Source: Octopus vulgaris
Lineage: Eukaryota
NCBI GenBank assembly: GCA_951406725.2
Contig: OX597816.1
Coordinates: 81,840,001 to 81,904,000, forward strand
Direction: 5' to 3'
DNA: 64,000 bases
The notes below the pieces were generated by a model. That model saw only the letters and a program-made list of their open reading frames with translations, searched no databases and was not told the origin of the DNA. Made by a program: the position numbers and the translations under genes. This document shows, piece after piece, positions 13,740 to 25,899 of the stretch (positions are counted from its first letter, which is position 1; every line of letters starts with the position of its first letter).

Positions 13740-14064
13740 ACGGTGGTACATAAAATGCATCATCCGATTCTGGCCGTTGCCAGCCTCATCTGGCCCCTGT
13801 GCTGGTGGCACATAAAAAGCACCATCCGATTGTGGCCGTTTGCCAGCCTTGTCTGGTACCTGTGCAGGTGGCACATAAAAAGCACCCACTACACTCACGG
13901 AGTGGTTGGCGTTAGGAAGGGCATCCAGCCATAGAAACACTGCCAGATCAGACTGGGCCTGGCGCAGCCTTTCTTGATTCCCAGACCCCAGTTGAACTGT
14001 CCAACCCATGCTAGCATGGAAAACGGACGTTAAACGATGATGATGATGATGATGATGATGATGA
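13740..14064 (+). mobile_element. RTE LINE 3'-UTR fragment with (GAT)n tail
   Basis: Closely matches the reverse complement of positions 1-260. Confidence 0.88.
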
Positions 14065-14269
14065 CAAAAGCCGCCACTCCCAATTCCTTCTTCCTCAACC
14101 TTAACACTACTAGCCCTACAACACGCATTGATTAACAGCCACAACCACACACACATACACACACACACGCGCACACACACACACACACACACGTGTCATC
14201 ATTGCACACATACACACACACGCAGACCTCCACGCATGCACATATCCACACTTACACACACATTCCTCC

Positions 14270-14542
14270 TCCTCTACCACTCTCCCGTCTTTGAAAGAAC
14301 CACTCTCCTGTCTTTGAAAAAACCTTTCTTCACCCATTTCCTTTCGGTCTATCAAAATGTGACCGCGTGTGTACCATTGGCGATTTTTTTTCCTCTGTCT
14401 TCCCTTCTCCTATGTTTCCAACGAAGAGCTCCACTCGAAACGTTAAACCCTCCTTCTTTCCTTCTTTCCTGAGCGTCCTATAATACTATATTTGTTCCAC
14501 ATCCTCGCGTTGTTGTGTTTTTTTGTGCTTTCTTGTTTGGAT

Positions 14543-14548
<6 letters not shown>
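14270..14548 (+). mobile_element. Putative Penelope-like pLTR fragment with a degenerate minimal hammerhead (14414-14448), ending at (TA)n
   Basis: GTTT-CCAACGA-A-GAG-ctcca-CTC-GAAAC-GTT-AAAC has hammerhead layout, but the core differs from CTGANGA at two positions. Confidence 0.5.
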
Positions 14549-14605
<57 letters not shown>

Positions 14606-14609
<4 letters not shown>

Positions 14610-14672
14610 GGACGCCCAGTACTACCTTTACAGATCACCAGGGATCCGCAGATTCCAGGTTGGGAACCACTG
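14606..14672 (+). mobile_element. Right end of a hAT (Charlie-like) MITE
   Basis: Ends in GTTGGGAACCACTG and is homologous to 32120-32192. Confidence 0.7.
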
Positions 14673-15254
14673 ACATAAGGAAACAATGTAATTATTTTGG
14701 CTTTTATTATTGATGTAAATTTGTTAAAAATGGTTTATCTTCTATGTTTGAAATCTATATGATCATTTGCATCTGAGGAGAGCAGTTTCTTTCAAATTGA
14801 TGTAATGTTTTCATTGATCAATTAAATGGACCCACTTGACATGGCCGTAATGTATTGATACCTGTACATCCTTGATGCTTATTTACATTCTTTCACCTAA
14901 CTTGGATCTGTGCGGACTATACCAAACTGGCAAGGTGCCTCAATTTAAGTACCTAATTCAACTAAACCTTAATTACATATATATATAATTTAATGTACAC
15001 TATATTACAATAAGAGCTAATAGTTTCATGCCTTTGAGATATGTGGTTAGGCAGATTTTTATAACATGCCTTGTATCTCCAAGCAATTTCTGGGTACATG
15101 GTTTGTTCTATTTGGAAACCAAGATGTTGGTATATGAGAAACCACAAGAAAAAACAAGAATGTTGATGCAAAAAGTGGAATGAGAAGACAAATGGTGAAC
15201 AAAACTGGAAAAAGAAAGAAAATTAGAGTTACATACCTTTTGAGCATAGAAATC

Positions 15255-15880
15255 ATAATCAAACTAACTGGTGTAGTATAATTTAACAGAAAGGAGTCCA
15301 TTTGATAAACCTTTAATCATTCCAAAAGTCAGTCAGTATCCAAAGAAGTTGATGCTCAGTATCTGGTAGGATTGAAAGTGTGTTGTGCATTACAAGCTTG
15401 TTCTGGAAAATTAGATGTTGAAGTCAGACAGTTATTTTTCTCTATTAGACTGATTAAAGGAGTCAATTGATGAAAATCATCCAGAATTGGCCAAGCAGAA
15501 GGGTGTCATCTTTCTTCAGGACAATGCTAAATGTCATGTTTCCTTGCAAACCCCACAGAAATTGGCACTGCTTGACTGTGATGTCCTACCACACTTACCT
15601 GGCCTTGCACCTTTGGATTACCATTTATTTCAATCCCCACAAAATTCTCTTAATGGGAAGAACTTCAATTCTTCCAAAGCCTGTAAAAACCACTTAGCTC
15701 AGTTCATGATCCAGAAAAGATACCAAGTTCTGAGAGGATGGGATCATGAAACTGCCTCAAAGATGACAAAAGGTAGTGGAACAAAATGGGACATATTTAA
15801 TTGAATAAAGATATGTACATATTTTATTTACTCTTAAGTTTCCTTTAAAAATGGTACAGACTTTTGTTCCAATCCAACCA
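15255..15880 (+). mobile_element. Mariner (D,D34D) transposase relic with 3' TIR remnant
   Basis: Relic peptides PKKLMLSIW*D*KCVVHY, KGVIFLQDNAKCH, LPHLPGLAPLDYHLFQSPQNSLNGKNF; TIR-like ACTTTTGTTCCAATCCAA. Confidence 0.85.
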
Positions 15881-15898
15881 TTAGGTCAATAATAATGA

Positions 15899-16253
15899 AC
15901 TTATATATTAAAAGCAAGTTGTCTGTCTGTGTGTTGTGTTGTGTGAACCACTTCTACTCCTACAATTTTCAACCAAATTTCACCAAATTTGAAATGTGTG
16001 CTCTCTTTGACTTATAAACTCAACTACTGCTGGGTTTTTACAGATTCACCTACTGTCCCAATGGAAAACAATGACAATGGTGTGGGCGTATGACTCTGCA
16101 TGTTCACTATTGTGCTAAATAAATCAAACAATGCAGGGAACATCTGCCATTATGATTTCTTTCATTCAGTTTAGAGGTGCATCCATGAATGGTGTAATAA
16201 CCAAACAGGCATACTTAACAAACAGCCCTGGCAACGCCGGGTATGCCTGCTAC
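15899..16253 (+). mobile_element. Non-autonomous Helitron (degenerate), directly followed by the head of another
   Basis: 3' hairpin CCCTGGCAACGCCGGG then TATGCCTGCTAC (CTAG-like end); the next bases TCTATATAATAAA..(TG)n resemble a Helitron 5' end. Confidence 0.6.
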
Positions 16254-16509
16254 TCTATATAATAAACATGAACGGCTGTGTGTGTGTCTGTTTGTCGATT
16301 TATAGGAAGAAAGGCTACAGCATCTAAATAAAAACTAAAAGTTAATCCTTGTGCAAAATATTTTGAGGAAGACAATGGAAGTAGTCCCAAGCCTCTAGGT
16401 GCCCCACTAAGGGAGCTATGGGTTATTTTCCATAATGTTGCACATAGTGCAGTCCTTACCAAAAAGTACCTTAAGGGAGATAACATACATACAAATATAT
16501 GAATATGTA

Positions 16510-16662
16510 CACACATGCATACATACATTTATGGACACACATACACACACATGCATACATGCATACATGCATGCATGCATACATACATACATACATACAT
16601 ACATACATACATACATACATACATACATACATACATACATACATGCATGCATGCATGCATGC
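16510..16662. repeat. (TACA)n/(TGCA)n microsatellite
   Basis: Read directly from the sequence. Confidence 0.95.
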
Positions 16663-17119
16663 CAAATAGCAGTATCAAAATAAATATATAAATGCAGTGT
16701 TGAAAAGTGAAGTGTGAAACATTGTACAAGTTGGCAGTGAACTCCTCAAGAAACACTGTCTTCCTGATGATCTCCTATAGAGCCCAAAAACAGCTGGGCT
16801 CTCTTACCTCAGAGAAGACCTGGATGGAAAGCACTCAGGCCCGGAAGCTTGAAGAAGACAGTAGAATTGACATGAAGTGCAGCCTCTCTTGGACACAAGA
16901 CCACTACATCACATCACACTTTAAATGTGAATTTGTCTGTCTTAACTACATTCTAAAGATGGAGCCTTGTATCTTTGTTGGAAGACCGGTTCCCTTCTCA
17001 GTGGAAGATTTATAATAATTAGAAAATAGAAGAGATGTACATACATACATACATACATATGTGTATATACTTGCATGCTGATGCATACACAAGCACAAAC
17101 AAACAAACAAGCAAAAAGA

Positions 17120-17850
17120 AACATAATTCTGATACTGGACAGAGTCAACAACTATTTGCAGGTAGTTTATTCCAAGCTTCATGAAAATGTGTTCCTGAAA
17201 GTCATGGATGCTGTGTTGTTCTTTGATTTTGTAAGCATGTCCATGAGTATTAAACATATGGAATTCAAAAGGTATCCAAAGGTAATGTTGTAAATGTAGT
17301 GTCTACTAATCAGTTGCCAGATGTCGGAGCTTTAATGTATCTATGCCCAGGAAAGCAAGACTTTCTGAGTATAGTAGATACCTGATGGCAGGTATTCACT
17401 TGGATGCACATTTCTGAACAGTTTCCGGGTGATTGATACATCAAGCAAGATAGGGGTTCTAGACTGGTGATGCAAACTCTAAGTGCAATTGTACCATAGC
17501 CATATACAGCTTTAAGTACATAGCCGGAGAGTGGTTGACAAAGGTCTTATTCAGTGATGCTAAGACACCCTCAGCCTTCTTGACAATCTTAGTAATGTTG
17601 TTTGTCTATCACAGATCACCGTTGATAATAATACCTAGGTCATATTCACTAACAGACTTCTTAAGATTGGAGTTATTGAGGCTGGGATTTTCTCCCCAAA
17701 ATGCATGGTGGTACACTTGTTCACAACTAGCTTGAGTTGCACGTCAATAATTCATTGCTACATTGTGTCCAGGTCTGACTGCAGGAAAGATCTATAGCAC
17801 ATAGAATTTGTTCTTTTTATCTCAAGGTACAATATGATGTCATCTGCATT
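17120..17850 (-). mobile_element. Degenerate CR1-like LINE fragment
   Basis: Antisense copy of the 25900-27478 family. Confidence 0.75.
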
Positions 17851-18107
17851 TCCATCAGCTTTTTGCTGAATCAATCCAAAGGAAAACAAATATAATGGAG
17901 AAGCATAATTTGTGACAGTAAATATCAAGGGTTTATCTAAATACCACTGCTGGTATATTATTGCTACCCGTCAACTACAGATTTCGTCAACTATTCCCAC
18001 ATAAAATTTGATTTTTCCTATTTAAAGAAAGAAATCTTGGAGAATAATGCTCTGAGTATTCTGCTATTTTCTGTTTTACATTCTTCTTTGTGATGTCAAC
18101 TTTAGAA

Positions 18108-19502
18108 CATTATACTTATTTGTGATCTGTTAGATTTGGTTGAAAGTTGATAATGGACATCAAACTAAGTTTATATATTAACACTATATTGGTTTCAAAT
18201 TTTGGCACAGGGCTACAAGTTCGAGGCAGGGGTAAGTCGATTACATTGACCCCAGTGCTAAAGGGATGAAAGGCAAAGTCAACTTCAGCAGAATTTGAAC
18301 ACAGAATATCAAGACAGACGAAATGCTGCTAAGCATTTCTCCAGTATGTTAATGGTTTGGCCAGCTTGTTGATATTGATAATAGTATAATAGTGCGAAAA
18401 GAATAAAAATAAAAAATGAAAATAATAAACTGCATGATTTTTATTTTCATCTGCCAAAGGTCAGCATTTTATTAGAAAATCAAGGTTTCCTCAAGTAAAA
18501 ACTGGTCTAAACTGGATGGTGTTAATTTTATTTTCCTTTGCCACTGATTAAATCATTATCAAATGTAAGACTTTAATGAAAACCAAAGAGCAAATTACAG
18601 GATCAAGAACAGCTGTTCCTGATCCTGTAATATTCATCCACATCCCAAATTTATAGCATTGAAAATACCAGCTAAGAAATTAAAGTTAAATTTATGCAGA
18701 ACTGATGGTCTGACTGAATCAGGTGGTTCTGAAATACGATGGTTAAAGGTCTCACTGGAGACTAATTATGTGGTGAAATATGTAAGTAAATCATTCTGTT
18801 TTCAAATAGAAGAGAAATTCCAATACCTAGGCACATAGAATTGGTTTAAATTATGGTAGTGAATCTTATAATCCACTGAGTTATTGGAGCAGTTATAGAG
18901 AAATTGTCATCATGTAATTAGTATTGTTTAAACCAATGGGAAGATTTCAGCTCAGCACTACAAACTTATGAAAGAAACATATATTGATTATAATTTCTCT
19001 TTGATATTTACTGTTGTGAATTATGCTTCTTCATTATATTTACTTGTGATCTCTTAGACTTAGTTGAAAGTTGATAATGGACATCAAACTAAGTTTATAT
19101 ATTAACACTATATTGGTTTCAAATTTTGGCACAGGGCTAGCAAGTTTGAGAGAGGGGTAAGTCGATTACATTGACCCTGGTGCTAAAGGGATGAAAGGCA
19201 AAGTTAACTTCAGCAGAATTTGAACACAGAATATCAAGACAGACGAAATGCTGCTAAGCATTTCTCCAGTATGTTAATGGTTTGGCCAGCTTGTTGATAT
19301 TGATCTAATAATAGTGCGAAAAGAATAAAAATAAAAAATGAAAATAATAAACTGCATGATTTTTATTTTCATCTGACAAAGGTCAGCATTTTATTAGAAA
19401 ATCAAGGTTGCTTCAAGTAAAAACTGGTCTAAACTGGATGGTGTTAATGATTAAATCATTATCAAATATAAGACTTTAATGAAAACCAAAGACCAAATTA
19501 CA
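18108..19502. repeat. Local direct duplication (~18108-18600 and ~19032-19502), each copy containing a minus-strand tRNA/Nin-type SINE relic
   Basis: Two near-identical ~480 bp blocks, both with GGGATGAAAGGCAAAGTYAACTTCAGCAGAATTTGAAC. Confidence 0.9.
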
Positions 19503-21509
19503 TGGTGTTGATACTCATTTTGCAAAAACTTACAATATTATTCATAGAACTGTTTATCTAAGATAAAGTTTAGCTAAAATCAAGTCTTCATTAAGAAAGC
19601 AGCACAATGGCAAAATAGCACTACACTAAACTGAATGAGTCGGGTGACAGTTAAAAGTTGTACTTTGCTAGCTTCTCTTGTGTCAATAAAATAAATACTA
19701 GCATGTGATTAGGTTGATTCCAAAAATTACATATTTCCTGTACATATGCTTGACCTTTTAATCAACGTAAAACATGAATACTGTTGTATTAGCTGTAGTT
19801 GCCAATAAACAGTGCAGAAAATGGAAATCAGGCAAGCATAAAGTAGATATATGTTAGTACCAGACTCTAACTATCTATTTCTAAATAAACCAGCATAAAA
19901 TGGAACTTCATTTTATGCACTACTTCTTCAACCTTGTCAGTTGATACATTTCTGGAGCTGGAGTGAATACTGAAGAGAGTGAGCAATGTTAGTGGGCACT
20001 GAAATCCATTTGGAAAGTGAGTTCATTTATTTGCTACCATGATTTAGTTATAATGAGTGTGATCTTACACACTCACACTGCATCTAAATCATTTTGTAAA
20101 ATTATAACTGACCCACCTGCTGTTGTCTTTTATGTATCCCTATATCTCCCTCTCCACTGCACCTACACTTTGCACATTGTCCTCTTACTTCCTGATCCAC
20201 TCTTATTTCTCCCACCTTACCTCTCTACATACTGGAGTCACCCTTCAGCTGTGTCCCCACCCTAGTTCATCATTCAGTACATTAATCTATACCTCCACCA
20301 CACCCTTAGAAAAAGCATTCACTCTTTCATCCCTTCCCTTGACCCACCATATGTCCTCACTTATGCTTACCTTTTTGTACCTTGCAGGTTTTCTCAAGCA
20401 CCCTTCAGCTATGTGTCTCCTCTATCACAAGACACCTGTGATTGTCCCTCTATCATACTTTAGCCTTTCAACACCTGGTATAAAGACACCCACTTCCTCC
20501 TTCTCCAAAATACTTCCTCTTATAGTAGAAGCAATTTCTCTTTCCTTTTTCACTGTTCTTTTCTGTTTTGTAAGTTACATGGAAACATCACTAGTGGTGG
20601 TGACACAAAATTAGCTCCTAGCACACTGTAAAGAGGCATTAAAAATGGCATAGAAACCATGCCAAAGATGACACTGGAGCTTGACACAACCCTACAGCTC
20701 ACCAGTTCCTTGTCAAACAGTCTAACTCATGCCATCATAGAAAGTATATGTGAAATGATGATGATGATGATGATGATCACTTATTTTTGTGGTTGCTGAA
20801 GGATTTTCTCTTTCAACAGCTTCTTTATCAGTAGGGATATTTTCAGTGCAATTAAGAATTTGTTTTGTCTTATTGTCATCTCAAACAACAATATCCTCAA
20901 TAGGAACAACACGATCCTATACAATCTCATCTCCTCATCTTAAACAACAACATAAAATGGGCAGTGATAACAAGAAGAAAAATTCTTAATTGCATAAAGA
21001 AAAATATCCCACATAATAGACAAGTTAGCTACAACACAGTGATAAAAGGATTTTTCTGCAGTGACTATAGTCTGACATAGTCAAAGTGACATTCTATCAA
21101 AAATTAATATAGTAAATTTTTTTATATAATAAATTTTTACTAGAATTAATTAAAACTACTTAACATTTTAAAGATTAAAATTTTATTGCCAAGTATTTTA
21201 TGACTAAAATAATTGACCAGTGACTATTTTATAATAGCATGTATAAATTGTATTGTAATCCCATAATTAAGAATCAGCTCTTAGAAAGTGAAAGATTTTT
21301 CAAATGAATCATTTCTAGTTAGTTGATATTTTATTTATTGAATACTTTTGTTCTGTAGTTTAATGAGCATTTTTCGTATTCTGCTTTCAAATTTTATTTT
21401 GCTTACAAATATTATCAATTATCATGTCATTCAGTTTCATTTAAAAAAAAGTATGTATTAGCAACAGAGGCAATATTAATACCAAGAGGTAATATCTATC
21501 TCTACTTGA

Positions 21510-21729
21510 CCCTTTAGTATTCAGATTACTCTGTTTAATGTAATGCTTATTTATTCATATTGTTTTGAATTAATCATGCATTATGTTGTAGCTTTGAGAT
21601 TTCGATGGTGTGCATGTTTAGCTTTAGAATGACATTGTAGAATAGGTGTAAGAGGCTGAATCTTGCCAGTTTGAACATAAAACAGTTGGAATATTTGAGC
21701 CTGATATGGCCAGTTTAAACATTAAAGGG
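21510..21729. mobile_element. piggyBac-type MITE
   Basis: TTGA|CCCTTTAG...TTAAAGGG|TTAA: CCCTTTA terminal inverted repeats with a TTAA-like target site. Confidence 0.7.
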
Positions 21730-21752
21730 TTAAATGTGGATGTTCTGTTAGA

Positions 21753-21972
21753 ACAAACTATACTATGGTAGATACCATGAGAGAAACTCTCATATTGGCT
21801 TTCAGTGCAAATTGCACTCTTGCTTATAACACTAGCAGGGAGATAAAACCCCACTATCTCCAGCACCGATTCTGCCATTGTCTCCTGGCTAGCAATATAA
21901 GCAAGTGTACATTTTGCACCAAATGCCAATATGAGAATTTCTCATATTGGTATCTACTGCAGTATAGTTTGT
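21753..21972. repeat. ~220 bp imperfect fold-back (MITE-like hairpin)
   Basis: Arms ACAAACTATACT..GTAGATACCA..GCTTATA..CTAGC and their reverse complement, ~90 bp each. Confidence 0.8.
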
Positions 21973-23604
21973 CAAAACTTACCTTCAAACCATCTTCCTA
22001 ACACCTACCATCCCATGATCACCATCCACTGCATGCTCTGCCTCTCTTCCTCATCTGCCTGCTGGCACACTCTCCATACTGACCATTCCCCACTCCAAAC
22101 CACTCCATTTTCTCTCACCATTCCTTGCTGTTACTTCTTCCTCATCTCTAAATATTCTCCTTCATGTTCTTATGGCACATCTCTATCCCCTCTGTACCAC
22201 TTACATCCCACCCACTGAACTCTGAGGATAGGGCCCCCAATGTATATCCAATACCATCTATTTCTCTTTCTCTCTTAGTCCGACTGTCCCTATCTTTCAC
22301 CCTAACTGTGTCTCTCAATTCTTTTCCTATTGGTGTCTTCAATAGTAAGACACCAATCTCTATCCTTTTTTTATACGCTAACTCTCACATGGGACAAAGC
22401 CACTTCCCTTGGTTCCACTCCCTCTCCTATCTGAGTGGTTTTCATCTCACAAGTTACTAGGTGACTATGCTGGTGTTGATGCCATGGTAAAGGCACTAGT
22501 GTTTGTGCCACATAAAAAGCACCCAGTACAGTCTGTAAAGTAGTTGGGTGTCAGGAAGGGCATCTATCCATAGAAACAATGACAAAGCAAACTATTGGAG
22601 CCTGATGCAGCTCTTTAGCTTCTTAGCTCCAGTCAAACCATCCAACCCAAAGATGACAATGAGACAAGGATGATGGTGGTGGTGATATATATATATTGTT
22701 GTATTTAGGAATGGTCCTTTTGCCAGTTTAGCCAATATATATATATATCAACCCATGCTAGCATGGAAAGCAGACGTTAAACGATGATGATGATGATGAT
22801 GATGATATATATTGGCTATATATATATATATATATATATATATTCAGCAATTCAAGTGCTGTATTTCTTGGCAAAAACGTCAATGTAGTATACAGTGTAA
22901 ACAGGCAGTGTACACATTCAAACATCAAGCACTATTTTCCCAAGCCCTGTTGCATTTCACATGGAATTTTTGGTCCATCAAAATCAACCTACCTTTTTCG
23001 TCTGTAAATTTTGGTCTGAAACATCTGACTTGTATGCCAGAAAATACAGTATGCAAATCCTATAAGAGAATAATAACAGTAATTTGATATTAGATACTGA
23101 TCTAGAGAGACACTGTTCCCATTTTCAATAAAATGAATAGATTTGAAATCATTGATGTGTGAAAAATGCCAGTTGGCTATAAATCCATTTCTTTCTGTTG
23201 CACATTTTGTTCCTATAAACCTATGTGAAGAATTTTATATATTTTCCCATTATCCTCATGTCACATCCTTTTTACCATTTAGTTTGAAACACCATAATTT
23301 TTGTACTTGTCTCATTCTGTCCTTTATATTGACACCACCAAATTGAACAATATCAGAAAGGTATTGAAATTGTAATGATTTTTGGTTGATAACTTACTAG
23401 TGTTTTTTCCCCATTTTCTTTATGTTCTTTCATTGCCCTTCTGTACCACATTTGACTGTTATATCAGTAGCAAACCGAAATATGCTGTAAGTGAATATTT
23501 AAATTTGATTTAATTTACCCATAGTTATTTCGTTGAAATCAGATTTATTACTGTTTCAAAACAAAAATCATTGTTATCCTAATGGAGTCTAATACTTTCT
23601 ATTT

Positions 23605-24243
23605 ACTCTTACTCTCTCTTTTACTCTTTTACTTGTTTCAGTCATTTGACTGTGGCCATGCTGGAGCACCACCTTGAGTCGAGTAAATCGACCCCAGGAC
23701 TTATTCTTTGTAAGCCTAGTACTTATTTTATCAGTCTCTTTTGCCGAACTGCTAAGTTACGGGGGATGTAAACTCACCAGCATCGGTTGTCAAGTGATGT
23801 TAGGGGGACAAGCACAGACACACAATCCACATACACACACACACACACACACATATCATCATCATCATTTAACGTCCGCTTTCCATGCTAGCATGGGTTG
23901 GACGGTTCAACTGGGGTCTGGGGAGCCCGAAAGCTGCACCAGTCCAGTCAGATCTGGCAGTGTTTCTACAGCTGGATGCCCTTCCTAACGCCAACCACTC
24001 CGAGAGTGTAGTGGGTGATTTTATGTGCCACCGACACAGGTGCCAGACGAGGCTGGCAAACATACACATACATATATACAATGGGCTTCTTTCAGTTTCC
24101 TTCTACCAAATCCACTCACAAGGCTTTGGTTGGCCTGAGGCTATAGTAGAAGACACTTGCCCAAGGTGCCATGCAGTGGGACTGAACCCGGAACCATGTG
24201 GTTCGTAAGCAAGCTACTTACCACACAGCCACTCCTACGCCTA
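23605..24243 (-). mobile_element. Octopus-type tRNA/CORE SINE interrupted by an RTE 3' fragment (~23855-24060)
   Basis: Head GGAGTGGCTGTGTGGTAAG...GGTTCAGTCCC, CORE-like GGCACCTTGGGCAAGTGTCTTCT, tail CCAGCATGGCCACAGTCAAATGACTGAAACAAGTAAAAGAG. Confidence 0.85.
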
Positions 24244-24499
24244 TTACTAACTTTAAGGCAATTAAACATTCAGTACTAACTTGGTACTATGAACACAATG
24301 GAAATAATTTCCCTCAAATGCCTGGATAGCTCGAGTAGTTGGTAGCTTTTGTTACTTAGGCTGTGTAATTACCAGGGGAGGTGGTTTCTCTGAAAATATA
24401 GCAACCAGGAAAAGAACATGTTGGAGAAAGATTAGGGAGTTAATACCGCTGCTGGTAATAAAGATCTTGTCCCTCAAAATGAAGGGCACATATGATACT

Positions 24500-24740
24500 T
24501 GCACTAGAACTGTGTTACTGCATGATAGTGAGACACAGGCCTTAAATGTAGAGGAATTGAGAAGTCTGGAAAGAAACAGAGCAAGTATGCTCTACTGGAT
24601 GTGCAATATAAGAGTGTATGAATGACATAATACAAATGTACTGAGAGAAAAACTGGGTATAAGAGAAATTTAATGTAGTGTACAAGAAAGAAGTCTGTGC
24701 TAGTATGGACATGTGATGTGCATATGGATGAGGACAGCTG
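24500..24740 (+). mobile_element. Degenerate RTE ORF C-terminal fragment
   Basis: Decayed copy of LHGSETW..ASMLxWMC..GHVM..DEDSC. Confidence 0.65.
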
Positions 24741-25899
24741 AAGTAAAGGTCAAATCATAGAATATGATTTGACCTTTACTTCTAACAGACTGAGCCACAA
24801 GCTTTACAGTTTGAACTTGTTCAAATGAATCTGCTCTTGTCAATAAGTAATTTTGAGAGGTTCAACATACAAAAATAACTTGTATGTATAATGCTGAATA
24901 AAATTATCATCTTAAAATGATAATAGTAAATGATGACACTGCATCTTTTAAGGCCCTCATGCTTTCCGAAATCCGCCGAAACTACACCTGATTATATATA
25001 CACTTTAGATGAGTTGTAGTGCACCTGAGCACTGTACACAATTATTATTATTATTATTATTATTATTATGATGGTAGCATCATCATCATTTTTTAACATC
25101 CATGTTCCAAGCTATCATGGGTTGAATGATTTGACAGGAATCAATGGGTTCAAAGACTGCTTCATGGTTCAGTGTTTGCTTTCTAAGACTGGATGTCCTT
25201 TCTGACACCAACCACTTAAAAATGTGTCCTGGAAGCCTTTTTCTGTGTCACCAGTACTAGTGAGGTACCTATGCAACTTGCAAAACTATGAGCCCCAATG
25301 GGGGCACAGCTAGGAGAATGAGGAATAGAGAGGGGTAAAGTTTGAGGGAAAAGAGCTGGTGCAGAACAGGTTTCTTGCTGTAAAGGAGCTACATGACTAC
25401 TCACATTTTAGAAGAAAGGGTGGAGGTGATCAGGAGGTGCTGGAAAGCGATAAAAAATAGTGATGTGGTATTGGGGTGGACCTTCAATGTATAAGATAGG
25501 AGACATGAGTGGGACAGCAGTGCCAGATGAGAGTCAGGGAGTAGGGAATATCTGATAGTGCTAAGCAGCAGAATAGAAATGTAGGTATAGTAAAGAAGAA
25601 CCGAACAAGAGATGACAGGCTGCAAGGGTGAATGAGGAAGAAAGAAGATGCAGTATATGTAAAGAATGAGAAGAGATAATTTGGTGCCACAGTGGGGGTG
25701 GGAAATCAATGAAAGTGTGGGTGGAAAGAACAGTATTAATGGATGAAGGAAAAATAACAAGTGAAGTGATTCTGAGTAGTAAGAAAAGTGGTATCAAGGG
25801 AGAACATAAGCATAAAACGTCCCAAAAGTGCAATTTGGAAGACTGCAGTAGTCAGACATGCCAGGAAAGAATGCCATAATGCTGAACAGGAATACAAAC

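Noticed and set aside
16416-16756. ORFs rich in MYVC/HTYI
   Set aside because: Translations of the (TACA)n microsatellite.
23398-23486. Minus-strand segment with good acceptor and GTAAGT donor
   Set aside because: Stops in all three frames and no homology; cannot be supported as an exon without RNA data.
24180-24243. tRNA gene
   Set aside because: tRNA-like head of a SINE; no complete cloverleaf and it runs into CORE sequence.
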